From: Candidatus Woesebacteria bacterium | GTDB taxonomy: Bacteria; Patescibacteriota; Microgenomatia; UBA8517 | Direction of reading: 5' to 3' | NCBI GenBank assembly: GCA_013374855.1 | Contig: CP055308.1 | Span: 102,800 to 166,799 of the forward strand | Length of the DNA: 64,000 nt | Shown: positions 51,620-61,050 of the stretch, one piece after another | Layout of the letters: each line of letters begins with the position of its first letter | How positions within the stretch are numbered: position 1 is the stretch's first letter | Program-made: the position numbers and the translations under genes | Notes under the pieces: model-generated | Told to the model about the DNA's origin: nothing | Databases searched by the model: none | What the model saw: only the letters and a program-made list of their open reading frames with translations

Positions 51620-51973
51620 CTAATAAACCCTCGTCCCATCTTCAACTTTCTTATCAAGCGAAAAAAGAACTGGTGCAACACTCTCATCTTCTGAAGGAAC
51701 AGCCATTATCATCATACATTCACTAAACTCCCCTTCAGGGCCAATCTTTTTAGGTTGTAAGTTAACAACAAAAGGAAACTGCCTCCCTATCAGATCTTCT
51801 GGTTTATAAAACTTCATAATCCCCGAAAAGCATAGCTTTTCCCCAATTTCTTCCCCAAAATTTACTTTGAGTCTCATTACCCAATGGCTCCATTCCGGTA
51901 CATTGGCCTCAACTACAGTACCAACGCGAATATCCACTTTTCTGAAAGTATCAAAATCTATATTTTCAGTCAT
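51620..51973 (-). CDS. tRNA-binding domain protein (CsaA/Trbp111/MetRS C-terminal domain-like OB fold)
   Basis: FRKVDIRVGTVVEANV pattern of the EMAP-type tRNA-binding domain, 117 aa. It overlaps the trpS stop. Confidence 0.65.
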   Translation of the reverse strand: MTENIDFDTFRKVDIRVGTVVEANVPEWSHWVMRLKVNFGEEIGEKLCFSGIMKFYKPEDLIGRQFPFVVNLQPKKIGPEGEFSECMMIMAVPSEDESVAPVLFSLDKKVEDGTRVY

Positions 51974-52962
51974 TTTTTAAAATAAAGACCCATCTTTTCT
52001 TTCACTTCGCTCAAAACAGAAGAGACTATCTTCCGAGCTCTCTTTGCCCCATCATAAATTACCTCATCTACAAAACCTTTCTTTGACTCAAGCTCAAAAG
52101 CCCTTTTTTGAATAGGCTTAATCTGCTCGTAAATTTCCTCAGCCAAACGAGTTTTCAATTCCTGATATCTAATCCCCTCACCTAAATATTTTTTCTCATA
52201 AGAAAACCTCTCTTCCTTCCCCAAGAAAAGCTCAACCAATTGTAAAAGAACTGCCACCCCACCTTCTTTGGGAACCGCACTCCCCTTACCCAAATCAGTA
52301 GGAACTTTAGCGAGCTTTGTTTTTATATCAGAAAAGGAGTCGCCCAAAGAAATATAACTTCCTTCAACCGACTTACTCATTTTCCCCTCACCTGTTAAAG
52401 ACGGTACATATTCACCTTTTGTGGCAAACCGCTTGGGTTCCGGAAAAGAAAGATTATATTTATCGTTCATTTTTCTGGCAATTTCTCTTGCCACTTCAAG
52501 ATGAGGTTCCTGATCCACACCAACAGGAACAAGTTCTGCCTTATAAGCCAAAATATCAGCAGACATTAAAACCGGATAATTAAGAAGAGCAACAGTCGCC
52601 CCATCTGGATGTTGTTTAATCTTTTCCTTATAGGTTGGCAAATGAAGCATTCTGGCAACTGTCACGGCAGATGATAAAAGATGAGCAAGATAAGCATGCT
52701 CTGGAACAAGGGACTGAACCGTGATTATCGACTTTTCAGGATCCAAACCGCAGGCGAGATAATCAATAACCACCTGCTTTGTATATTTTGCTAAATTTTC
52801 TTTATCATAAGGAGTCGTAATGGCATGTAAATCCATAACCATATAGATAGTTTCGTAATCTGGATTTTCCTGAAGTTCAAGATACCCCCTAACCCCACCA
52901 AGATAATTTCCAAGATGAAGCCTGCCTGTAGGACGCGAACCTGAAAAAACTCGTCTTTTCAT
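51970..52962 (-). CDS. trpS: Tryptophan--tRNA ligase
   Basis: Class I HIGH-like TGRLHLGNY and KMSKS. 330 aa. Confidence 0.9.
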   Translation of the reverse strand: MKRRVFSGSRPTGRLHLGNYLGGVRGYLELQENPDYETIYMVMDLHAITTPYDKENLAKYTKQVVIDYLACGLDPEKSIITVQSLVPEHAYLAHLLSSAVTVARMLHLPTYKEKIKQHPDGATVALLNYPVLMSADILAYKAELVPVGVDQEPHLEVAREIARKMNDKYNLSFPEPKRFATKGEYVPSLTGEGKMSKSVEGSYISLGDSFSDIKTKLAKVPTDLGKGSAVPKEGGVAVLLQLVELFLGKEERFSYEKKYLGEGIRYQELKTRLAEEIYEQIKPIQKRAFELESKKGFVDEVIYDGAKRARKIVSSVLSEVKEKMGLYFKK

Positions 52963-53348
52963 AGGGTTATTTTACCCTAAAGAGGAATTAATTCAAAATT
53001 CTAACGCTCGTGCATTGCTTCTTCAAAAGATTCTATCCTCTGCAATATCCTACCCGCTAATCATTCAGTTCTCTGTTACTGACAAAGTCTATAATACTCC
53101 TTCAACTTTGAAGCAGGTCATCAAGATTCTTATTTTTATCAAAAATTCCTGAAAATTAAAAATAAAATCTCGCTGACAGCATTAGTGGCTTTGGCAAGGA
53201 AAAGGATAAAATGGAAAGGAAATCACCGCAGTCGCATCTGCATTGTTAGCCTCCCATTAAGCGAGCTCGCTTACAAAAAAATTTTTGATACTTTGAAACA
53301 GAATTCTTTTGACAGCTAAGAGAATCATTGGTATCTAGTTATTAATTT

Positions 53349-54374
53349 CTAAGTCTTTTTGATCTTATAGACCGCCGCCTTTTTCCCCGAAACCAGAATA
53401 TCATGTTTTTCAATTAGAACTAGCTTTCCATAGAAATGCTTCATTGTCTTTTCAAACAATTCCTTTTGAGCAGTTAAAACTACCATCAAACCATTTCTCC
53501 TAATAACTCGCAAAAACTCCTTAACCATTTTTATATAAAAATCAGGGAGATCAAATTTCTCTTGTTCATAAATTCCCCAAGGAGGGTCCGTAACTATTTT
53601 ATCAATCGTGTCGTTACCCATTACCTGCAAATCGAGCGCATCATAATTTGTTACAGTTATTCTTCTTTTTAACTTATCTACACGTTCTTTTAGATATTTA
53701 TACATTTTGGGATCTTTATCATTTGCAATAATTTGCCTGTAGGGTAAAACCGTTCTTTCTAAAGGAATTGCTCCCGAGCCAGCAAATGGGTCAAGAAAAA
53801 CATCTTGAGGTTTTGGCTCTGATAATAAACAGAGAATATGAGCTAATTCTGGCCTGAGTTCTCCTTTGCGAAGTATCTTTTTATAATTAGGAGTTTTAGT
53901 AAGTCTCATCCCGACAAAACAGAATCCCTCTCTTCGCTTAAGAAACCATATCTCAATATCTGGTTTTGCTCTATTTATCTTAAGTTTAAATGTCTTTCCT
54001 AAAAAATTTTCTAGATTTTCTAACATTTTTTTGTCTGTGGAAACAAGACGATTCTCTTCGGAAACAATTACTCGAAAACTTCTTCTGTCCTTGATTATTT
54101 TAGAAGGAAATTGCCCTATCAAGTTCCCCTTCTGTAAAAAAATTTCGATGAGGTCCCTAACAGAGAATATTTCTTTGCCGTCAAAAAACTGAAGCAGCCA
54201 AAAGGTGTTGTTGAAAAAACGAAGAGTTAGAATTCTCCTTAGCGTTTCGTTGCTTTTATACATAATAAGACCATCGAGAACAAGATCGATTTGCACGTCT
54301 TTCAGCTTCTTTTTGAGAGCATCCTTGACCACTTCTTGAAACCCCGTAATAAACGTCGAGTAATAAATTTCCAT
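53349..54374 (-). CDS. SAM-dependent methyltransferase with a THUMP-like N-terminal domain (UPF0020/RlmL/Trm14-like), paralog A
   Basis: SAM motif FLDPFAGSGAIP and catalytic DPPWG. An N-terminal ~150 aa non-MTase domain. Tandem to a paralog. Confidence 0.6.
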   Translation of the reverse strand: MEIYYSTFITGFQEVVKDALKKKLKDVQIDLVLDGLIMYKSNETLRRILTLRFFNNTFWLLQFFDGKEIFSVRDLIEIFLQKGNLIGQFPSKIIKDRRSFRVIVSEENRLVSTDKKMLENLENFLGKTFKLKINRAKPDIEIWFLKRREGFCFVGMRLTKTPNYKKILRKGELRPELAHILCLLSEPKPQDVFLDPFAGSGAIPLERTVLPYRQIIANDKDPKMYKYLKERVDKLKRRITVTNYDALDLQVMGNDTIDKIVTDPPWGIYEQEKFDLPDFYIKMVKEFLRVIRRNGLMVVLTAQKELFEKTMKHFYGKLVLIEKHDILVSGKKAAVYKIKKT

Positions 54375-54405
54375 AAATATCAGACTCTTAATTAGAATTT
54401 TAAAA

Positions 54406-55428
54406 TTACGGCTTAATAAAGTAGTAAACCCCAGCCTTCCTTCCCGAAACTAGAATATCGAAAGTTTCATTAGGAAGCCATTCTAAGTTTTCGATCGCTT
54501 CTTCCATTTCATCTCTAGCTGCTGTAAGAATAACTAATCTTCCTTTACTCCTTAGAACTCGTCTCATCTCCCTTAACATTTCATAGTAAAATTTCCTGGG
54601 ATCTGATTTAAATTTTTTAAATATACCCCATGGGGGGTCAGTAACTATAACATCAACAGATTCACCTCGAATCTCTTTCATTTGCAAAGCATCTCCCCGC
54701 ATGACTCTCGTTCCTGGAAATTTCCTAAGTCGTCTTTTTGCTACCTCAACGCCTTTGGGGTCAATATCCATACCAATTATCTCCTTATAGGCAAAATGTT
54801 TAGCCCTTGACAGAAGGATTGCTCCAGACCCTGCAAATGGATCGAGAAAAACATCTTGGGGTTTTGGCTGTGAAATAAAATTAAGAAGATATGAAATTTC
54901 TCTACTTAATTCCCCTCTTTCTCTTTTTTCTCTATCGTTAGTTAACCTTAGGCCATAGTAACTTTCCCCGCTTCTGCGGATAAGAAACCAGATCTCAAAA
55001 TCTGGCTTGCTTCGATTAACTTGAACACCTAAGGATTTTGATGTTACTCTTTCCAATCTATTCATTTGTTTAGGTGATATTGGTCTTAGTTCGCCCTCTT
55101 CTGAAACCCTAAAACGAAAGGAGCGCCATCCAAAAAATCGGATAATCTGCCTTGCCATCAACGTAGATTCACGATCGATATTATTAAATAAAGACTCTAC
55201 AATTCTTGGTAAATTACTTGTATCAGAAAATTGCTGACGACTTAGAACAAGAAAAGCGTTCTGAAAAAAAGGTAAATTTTGCACTTGTTCAGGAGATAAC
55301 CTGCTGGAAAAAAATATGACACTACCATCGTACCTCCCCAAAGAAGCATCTGGGTCCTTCTCTATTAAGGCTCGGCCAACAACATCCCCTAATCCTGGAG
55401 GAAATGCCGAGAGGTATTCTGGTGTCAT
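54406..55428 (-). CDS. SAM-dependent methyltransferase with a THUMP-like N-terminal domain, paralog B
   Basis: FLDPFAGSGAIL and DPPWG. Same architecture and length (340 against 341 aa) as the adjacent gene. Confidence 0.6.
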   Translation of the reverse strand: MTPEYLSAFPPGLGDVVGRALIEKDPDASLGRYDGSVIFFSSRLSPEQVQNLPFFQNAFLVLSRQQFSDTSNLPRIVESLFNNIDRESTLMARQIIRFFGWRSFRFRVSEEGELRPISPKQMNRLERVTSKSLGVQVNRSKPDFEIWFLIRRSGESYYGLRLTNDREKRERGELSREISYLLNFISQPKPQDVFLDPFAGSGAILLSRAKHFAYKEIIGMDIDPKGVEVAKRRLRKFPGTRVMRGDALQMKEIRGESVDVIVTDPPWGIFKKFKSDPRKFYYEMLREMRRVLRSKGRLVILTAARDEMEEAIENLEWLPNETFDILVSGRKAGVYYFIKP

Positions 55429-55481
55429 AAGTTAATTTTTATTTTTTAACTACCTAAAAATATTTAAATATATTATACCCG

Positions 55482-56225
55482 TTATACTACCCGAAAAAAA
55501 CATTGTGTACAGGATCGCAACATTTTCGACATTCCTCCTTTCTGAATAAGGTAGTTAATCGGTGTCATATTATTTAATGATTCGTGTGGTCTAATGCAGT
55601 TGTAATATATCATATATTCAGCTAAGTTTTTGTTGTATTGTTTTTGGTCATATATGAGATTGAGGTTTGGTTCAATAAAATCTTCATTTAGTGTTTTGTT
55701 GAATCGCTCAACTACACCATTTATTCTTGGACATCTCGGATAGGTGAAAAGATGTTTAATGTTTTGTTTTTGAAGATAACTTCTAAGGTGCTTTAGAAAC
55801 TCCTTTCCGTTGTCTGTTTGGACTGTGTGGATTTTGTAAGGCAAGATAAACTGGAACTTTTTAAAGAAATCTACTGTGTTTTTTGAATTAAGTCTTCTGT
55901 ATGTCAAGGAAAGGGCAGATTTCCCTTGAACATCAATTGCCTGGTACATATACCATTTTTGTCCATCAATAATCTTTTCCACAGTATCCATTTGGATGTA
56001 GCCTAATTCTTCTGGTTTAGGTGCATACCTGACCCTTGATTTTTTCTTCCTTTTGGCTTCATTATGAGCCCATTTAGATGTAGGATCGTGATATATTCTA
56101 GCTGGTTTGTAATAAAACAGATTATTTCTTTTAATAATTCTCCCAATGGTTGCAGTTGATACCATTTGGAGATTATTTTGCAAACAAAACTCATCAAGTT
56201 GAGGCTTGAGTTTGTATTTGCTCAT
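55482..56225 (-). CDS. IS transposase orfB (DDE/rve integrase core)
   Basis: DDE catalytic core pattern (YIQMDTV ... TDNGKEF ... RPHESL). Confidence 0.75.
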   Translation of the reverse strand: MSKYKLKPQLDEFCLQNNLQMVSTATIGRIIKRNNLFYYKPARIYHDPTSKWAHNEAKRKKKSRVRYAPKPEELGYIQMDTVEKIIDGQKWYMYQAIDVQGKSALSLTYRRLNSKNTVDFFKKFQFILPYKIHTVQTDNGKEFLKHLRSYLQKQNIKHLFTYPRCPRINGVVERFNKTLNEDFIEPNLNLIYDQKQYNKNLAEYMIYYNCIRPHESLNNMTPINYLIQKGGMSKMLRSCTQCFFRVV

Positions 56226-56623
56226 TCTTTAGAACAAATTCTCTTTTCGTTCTGATATACTCAACAATCTTTGGATCTGTTCTTGGGTATCTAACACTTT
56301 TTGGTTTAGTTGAGTTGGGTACAAGACCTTGGATACCTTTTCTTTCTTTGATTCTCTTTTTCCAAACATAGATAAGCTTTCTGTCTACTCCAAATGCCTG
56401 TTTGGTTGCTTTTTCTCCAAAGTGTTCATAGAACAAGATAATCTTTTGTCTTTGGGCAGCTACCTCACTTTTGTCATATAGCCTTAAATGAGAAATCAAC
56501 TTAATCACCCCCTTTGAGATTGGTATTTTAAACCATCTCATTGGAACTCCTGTAGACCTAGCCATTAGAAGTCAATGTCGAATATGTATCTGATCCTGTG
56601 CATTTTTTCTCGGTCTTAAAAAT
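55491..56623 (-). mobile_element. Insertion sequence (~1.13 kb), IS3/IS481-like, with imperfect ~40-bp terminal inverted repeats and a two-ORF (frameshift) transposase
   Basis: The left end ccgaaaaaaacattgtgtacaggatcgcaacattttcgacatt matches the reverse complement of the right end ccgagaaaaaatgcacaggatcagatacatattcgacatt (shared blocks ccgaRaaaaa, acaggatc, attcgacatt). It encloses orfA and orfB. Confidence 0.7.
56194..56565 (-). CDS. IS transposase orfA (HTH DNA-binding part)
   Basis: 123-aa basic HTH-type protein. It overlaps orfB by 32 nt in a different frame, which is an IS3-style frameshift arrangement. Confidence 0.65.
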   Translation of the reverse strand: MARSTGVPMRWFKIPISKGVIKLISHLRLYDKSEVAAQRQKIILFYEHFGEKATKQAFGVDRKLIYVWKKRIKERKGIQGLVPNSTKPKSVRYPRTDPKIVEYIRTKREFVLKNEQIQTQAST

Positions 56624-56749
56624 TTTGTTTTAAGTGAGCTCTGCCAAATGTCGGGGTGAAAATATAGTGGAGTCGGTTTGTTGCAATTTCCTCTCTCCTT
56701 GTAATCTTTTCCCTCACCACAGGCGTTATCAATCAACATTTAATAGTAG

Positions 56750-56822
56750 TACCAAGGGTGGGATTCGAACCCACGATCTTCGCGTTATGAATGCGCTGCT
56801 CTAACCACTGAGCTACCTTGGC
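56750..56822 (-). tRNA. tRNA with a CAU anticodon (Met elongator, or Ile2 if lysidinylated)
   Basis: GCCAAGGTAGCTCAGTGGTTAGAGCAGCGCATTCATAACGCGAAGATCGTGGGTTCGAATCCCACCCTTGGTA. The anticodon stem has two non-WC pairs. Confidence 0.65.
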
Positions 56823-56981
56823 AAAGTAAAATGTATTTTACCATAAAAAGCCGCAGAGTATAAAGCATTCTTTAGCCTGCAAAGTTTGGTCTCCCAAAAA
56901 ACACTCTCACCTACTCTAATTTACCCATCACAATCCTATCCATTGAATCACCACCCACAGACTGATATAATAATCTTGTCA

Positions 56982-57051
56982 TGCGGGGTAGTGTACGGCT
57001 GCACGGAAGGCTCATAATCTTCCAGACTGGGTTCGACTCCCAGCCCCGCAA
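56982..57051 (+). tRNA. tRNA with a CAU anticodon, possibly the initiator
   Basis: TGCGGGGTAGTGTACGGCTGCACGGAAGGCTCATAATCTTCCAGACTGGGTTCGACTCCCAGCCCCGCA-A. The acceptor stem and A73 resemble the bacterial initiator (CGCGGGG/CCCCGCA) but with U1:A72, and the three anticodon-stem G:C pairs are missing. Confidence 0.55.
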
Positions 57052-57063
57052 CACAAAACTCTC

Positions 57064-57453
57064 CTAATAATAAAGATTAAAAACATCAAACCATCTTTGC
57101 CAAACAGGTTTTTCCTCTTGAACTTTTCGTGGTTCAAAATCGGTAACGAGTTTTTCTAATTCCTCATCATCAGGAAGGATTACTACCACCTCTCCTTCTT
57201 TTGCCATTCCAAGACTATCCCGTAGTCTCCTTTCTATGTATAAATCTGAACCAAGTTCTTCAATCCTCTTTTTTATACTTTCATTCTCCACCTTTAAACT
57301 TTCAACTATTCTCTCTTTCTCCTCAACACTAGATGAAGCTTCTTTAAACCTCAAAAAATTGTCCCAAAAGGTCTTCAAAGATACTGCCAAAACAAAAATA
57401 GAGACGATTGTTACAACTTTTTCTCTCAAATCACTTATAACATACCTACTCAT
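57064..57453 (-). CDS. FtsB/DivIC-like septum formation initiator (single TM plus coiled coil)
   Basis: N-terminal TM, a coiled coil (EEKERIVESLKVENESIKKRIEELG) and the RRLRDSLGMAKEGEVV motif typical of FtsB/DivIC. Confidence 0.55.
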   Translation of the reverse strand: MSRYVISDLREKVVTIVSIFVLAVSLKTFWDNFLRFKEASSSVEEKERIVESLKVENESIKKRIEELGSDLYIERRLRDSLGMAKEGEVVVILPDDEELEKLVTDFEPRKVQEEKPVWQRWFDVFNLYY

Positions 57454-57555
57454 AATTTCTAACTTTGCGCCCCTATAGTATTAATAAAGGGGTTGAATCC
57501 ACAACAATTTATGCTATCATATAAAAGATAACCTCTGCCTCAATTATTAACGAAA

Positions 57556-58422
57556 ATGGAACAAACAGCCTTAAGAACAGTCCTTCCCGAATTTATAAAA
57601 AGCCTAACCGAAAAGGGCCGTTCTCCTTCAACTATTATAGCCTACAAGGCAGATATAGAACAATTTGTGGACTTCGCTGAAAGCAAGCAAAAACCCTTCA
57701 TCCAATCAGTGGGTAGCGAATTTATATCCTCATACCGCGACGCATTGCTTGCTGATAAATACACGCCCAAAAGTGTTTCAAGAAAGCTGAATGCCATAAA
57801 GACATTCTTTAAATACCTCAAAAACCAAAACTACATAAGCAACGATCCCGCTCAAGAAGTTGCTCATCCCAAAATTGAAGGGAAAAAGCCTAGATACCTC
57901 TCCAAAATTGAATACAGAGCACTAAGAGATACAGTAAGAGATGATATAAGAACAACCGCTATTGTTGAGCTAATACTTCAGGCAGGCTTGAGAATTTCAG
58001 AAGTAGCAAATTTAAAAATGAAAAATATAGGGGACGATAAACTAACCATAGAGGCTTATGCAAGCCAACCTCAAAGAGTAGTTCCTTTAAACAAAAGAGC
58101 TAAAGAAGCTTTAGAAAATTACATTAAAAACACAAGACCAAAAGCTGATTCTGATTTTGTCTTCGTCAGTAAAAACGGAAAACCACTTGCAATAAGAAAC
58201 ATAAGATTGGTAATCAACAAATATATGCAAAAGGCAGAATTGCCAAACTATTCTGTAAATGATCTGCGAACCACATTTATAATAGAAAACTTAAAAGCCG
58301 GAGTAAGTCTTACCTATCTTTCACAAGTGGCAGGACACAAAAGAATATCAACCACAGAATCCTACCTTCAACTCGCCGAAGTCCAAGAAGCAGGAAATAA
58401 ACAAGAGCTAACTGAATTGTAA
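57556..58422 (+). CDS. Tyrosine site-specific recombinase (XerC/XerD-like)
   Basis: N-terminal SAM-like domain. The catalytic region has R...HKRISTTESYLQL (H-x-x-R...Y). Confidence 0.8.
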   Translation: MEQTALRTVLPEFIKSLTEKGRSPSTIIAYKADIEQFVDFAESKQKPFIQSVGSEFISSYRDALLADKYTPKSVSRKLNAIKTFFKYLKNQNYISNDPAQEVAHPKIEGKKPRYLSKIEYRALRDTVRDDIRTTAIVELILQAGLRISEVANLKMKNIGDDKLTIEAYASQPQRVVPLNKRAKEALENYIKNTRPKADSDFVFVSKNGKPLAIRNIRLVINKYMQKAELPNYSVNDLRTTFIIENLKAGVSLTYLSQVAGHKRISTTESYLQLAEVQEAGNKQELTEL

Positions 58423-58699
58423 GTGAAACCATAATTTTGGTCAAGTATACTAAATAGCAAATGAAGGCAAATGATGTTTCAGCGGGATATTTCAGAAGTT
58501 CAAACCTAGAAGAGAGAATAGATGAAATTGTAAACAGAATAGCTTCTATTTCCAACTTCAAACCGAAAAGCATCTTATAAGCAAAAGTGGTTGGTGGGGT
58601 TCAAAGAAAATTGGCGCTTTCCATTACAAAGGTACTTATGAAGGCAACCCCTGCGTACTAAAAATCCAAGGAGTTAAACCAGAAACAAGCGAAGTTTTT

Positions 58700-59479
58700 A
58701 TGATAGAATCCTTCAGGAAACAAAACGAAAGTTCTATAATAAGACCACCCAAAATATATTATCAAATACCTTGGGACGAAAAGTTTGGTTATGAAGCTTA
58801 TATAATGGAAGATGTTGGAAACAACTTGGTAGTCAAAGTGCCGTCAACTAAAGAAGAGATAGAAGAATTCTTTACTTTTTACAGAGAATACCGCGCAAAT
58901 TGCAGGAAAAAACCATGGGTTAAAAAACCAAAAGAGACTACAGCAGAAACAATCAAAAACAGGTTTGAGAGATGGACAAAAGCAAGTTTCGAGATTTACC
59001 CAGACCACCCATTTCGCCAAAAAGAAGATCAAAAACTTATAAAAGAAGCTATTGATGTTCTCACCTCTGAATACAGGGGAGTGAAACTAGAATTTGTACA
59101 CGGACATTTTTCCCATCGAGACCTCTATCGTGTTAATGACAAAATAGTAATACTTTCAAACCTATACTGGACATGGAAACCTCCGTTTTACGATACCATA
59201 TTTGCCAGACACTGGGTCAGATATGAGCTTGCTGACAAGGAGAATTTAACACCAAAACAAATAGAAAATCAGCTTCGCACCTGGGATGATCAAATAACTA
59301 AAATTCCAATCAACAATGAAGAAAGAAAGCTCCTTGACCTTGCTTTACTTGAAAGAGCGGCAGCTGGTTTAAATCTTGACGCGCTTAGCGTTAAAACAAA
59401 CAAACCTTGTGCCAAATTTATAGTGGAGCAAACCAGAAACGAGCTTCAATACCTTCTGGACAAGCTTAGTAAATCCTAA
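58700..59479 (+). CDS. Hypothetical protein with a possible protein-kinase-like/aminoglycoside-phosphotransferase-like fold
   Basis: HGHFSHRDLYRVNDKIVILSNLYW resembles the APH/ChoK catalytic loop (HGDxxxxN). Weak call. Confidence 0.4.
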   Translation: MIESFRKQNESSIIRPPKIYYQIPWDEKFGYEAYIMEDVGNNLVVKVPSTKEEIEEFFTFYREYRANCRKKPWVKKPKETTAETIKNRFERWTKASFEIYPDHPFRQKEDQKLIKEAIDVLTSEYRGVKLEFVHGHFSHRDLYRVNDKIVILSNLYWTWKPPFYDTIFARHWVRYELADKENLTPKQIENQLRTWDDQITKIPINNEERKLLDLALLERAAAGLNLDALSVKTNKPCAKFIVEQTRNELQYLLDKLSKS

Positions 59480-59488
59480 AAGGGCCGG

Positions 59489-59561
59489 TGGTCCGGGGAG
59501 GATTCGAACCTCCGACTTCCATTTTATAAGAATGGCACTCTAACCGCTGAGTTACCGGACC
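59489..59561 (-). tRNA. tRNA-Ile with anticodon UAU (reads AUA)
   Basis: GGTCCGGTAACTCAGCGGTTAGAGTG-CCATT-CTTATAA-AATGG-AAGTC-GGAGGTTCGAATCCTCC-CCGGACC-A. A clean cloverleaf with U33 and A37. Confidence 0.7.
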
Positions 59562-59676
59562 AGAAAAACCTTCAATATAGCTATTATATTATATATTTTG
59601 TCTCATATTTTGACAAACACACCCTACTAAAACAAACTTGCCAAAAAAATAAAAAAAAGGTAAATTAAAAAAGCAA

Positions 59677-61050
59677 ATGACTAATATATTCAAGGCCTAC
59701 GACATCCGCGGAAAGTATCCTGAAGAGCTAAACGAGGAAATAGCATATAAAATAGGCAGAGCTTTCGCCAGACTAATCCAAGAAGAAAAGAACAAAGATA
59801 ACATATCAGTAGGAGTAGCCAACGATATGAGATTATCAAGCCCACAATTGAAAGGAAAGTTAATACAAGGACTAATAGACAATGGATGTTTGGTATATGA
59901 TATGGGTTTTGTTTCCACTCCTACCTTTTACTTTGGAATAAGTTACAACAATTATGATGCGGGGGTTCAAGTCTCTGCTTCGCACAATCCTCCTGAATAC
60001 AACGGCTTTAAAATGGTCAGAAGCAAATCTGCCCCAGTAAGTGAAAACACAGGTATAAGGCAAATTCAAGAATGGATAACAGAAAGTAATTGGGAAGAAA
60101 AAATAAAAGGAAGCTACCGCCCCTGTAATAACACCACCCAAAGCGCGGTCGACAGCCTTACCAAAGAAATACCGCTTGAGAAAATAAAACCAATGAAAAT
60201 AGTTGTCGACCCAGCCAATTCTATGGGGATTCTTGATGTAGAAGCTTTCTTTTCTAAACTGCCTCAAATAGAATTAGTTAAGATAAACTTTGAACTTGAC
60301 GGAAAATTTCCCTCTCATGAACCAGACCCATTAAAAGAAGAGAATTTAGAACAAATTAAAAGAAAGGTTATTGAAGAAAAGGCGGATCTTGGTATAGCAA
60401 CTGATGGTGATGCAGATCGTTATTTCTTTATAGACAATGAAGGAAACACCATCAGGCAAGAAATTCTACGGGGAATTATGGCTCAGATTGCAATAAAAGA
60501 AAATCCCGGTGCTACAGTGTGCTACGACATAAGACCTGGAAAAATAACTAAAGACATGATAGAAGAAGTGGGAGGAAAAGCTTCAGTCACAAGAGTTGGA
60601 CATTCACTTATAAAAGAACAGATGATAAAAGAAGGTGCTGTCTTTGGAGGAGAGTCTTCTGGCCACTACTTTTACAAAACCAACTGGGGGGTTTTTGAAA
60701 CACCATTTATTTTGCTTGCAAAATTCCTTCTTTTTGTAAGCCAACAGGAAAAACCAGTTGCCGACATAATAAAGCCTCTTAAAAAATACCCAAACTCAGG
60801 AGAAATCAACATTAACCTTTCTGAGACAACAGACAAAAATAAAGTCTTGGAAACAATCAAGGAAAGATACAAAGATGGAGAGATAGATGAATTAGACGGA
60901 GTAAGTGTTACTTACAACGACTTTTGGTTTAATGTAAGAGCATCAAACACAGAACCCAAAATTAGGCTAACTGTAGAAGCGATAAATCAACAAATAATGG
61001 AAAAAAGGAAAGAAGAAATATTTAATCTGATTCAATCACTGATAGCCTAA
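59677..61050 (+). CDS. Phosphomannomutase/phosphoglucomutase (alpha-D-phosphohexomutase)
   Basis: IFKAYDIRGKY, active-site Ser loop SASHNPPEYNGFK and metal loop ATDGDADR. Confidence 0.85.
   Translation: MTNIFKAYDIRGKYPEELNEEIAYKIGRAFARLIQEEKNKDNISVGVANDMRLSSPQLKGKLIQGLIDNGCLVYDMGFVSTPTFYFGISYNNYDAGVQVSASHNPPEYNGFKMVRSKSAPVSENTGIRQIQEWITESNWEEKIKGSYRPCNNTTQSAVDSLTKEIPLEKIKPMKIVVDPANSMGILDVEAFFSKLPQIELVKINFELDGKFPSHEPDPLKEENLEQIKRKVIEEKADLGIATDGDADRYFFIDNEGNTIRQEILRGIMAQIAIKENPGATVCYDIRPGKITKDMIEEVGGKASVTRVGHSLIKEQMIKEGAVFGGESSGHYFYKTNWGVFETPFILLAKFLLFVSQQEKPVADIIKPLKKYPNSGEININLSETTDKNKVLETIKERYKDGEIDELDGVSVTYNDFWFNVRASNTEPKIRLTVEAINQQIMEKRKEEIFNLIQSLIA

Noticed and set aside
58310-58573. 87-aa ORF on the minus strand
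   Set aside because: It overlaps the 3' end of the recombinase gene on the opposite strand. Hydrophobic low-complexity. Probably spurious.
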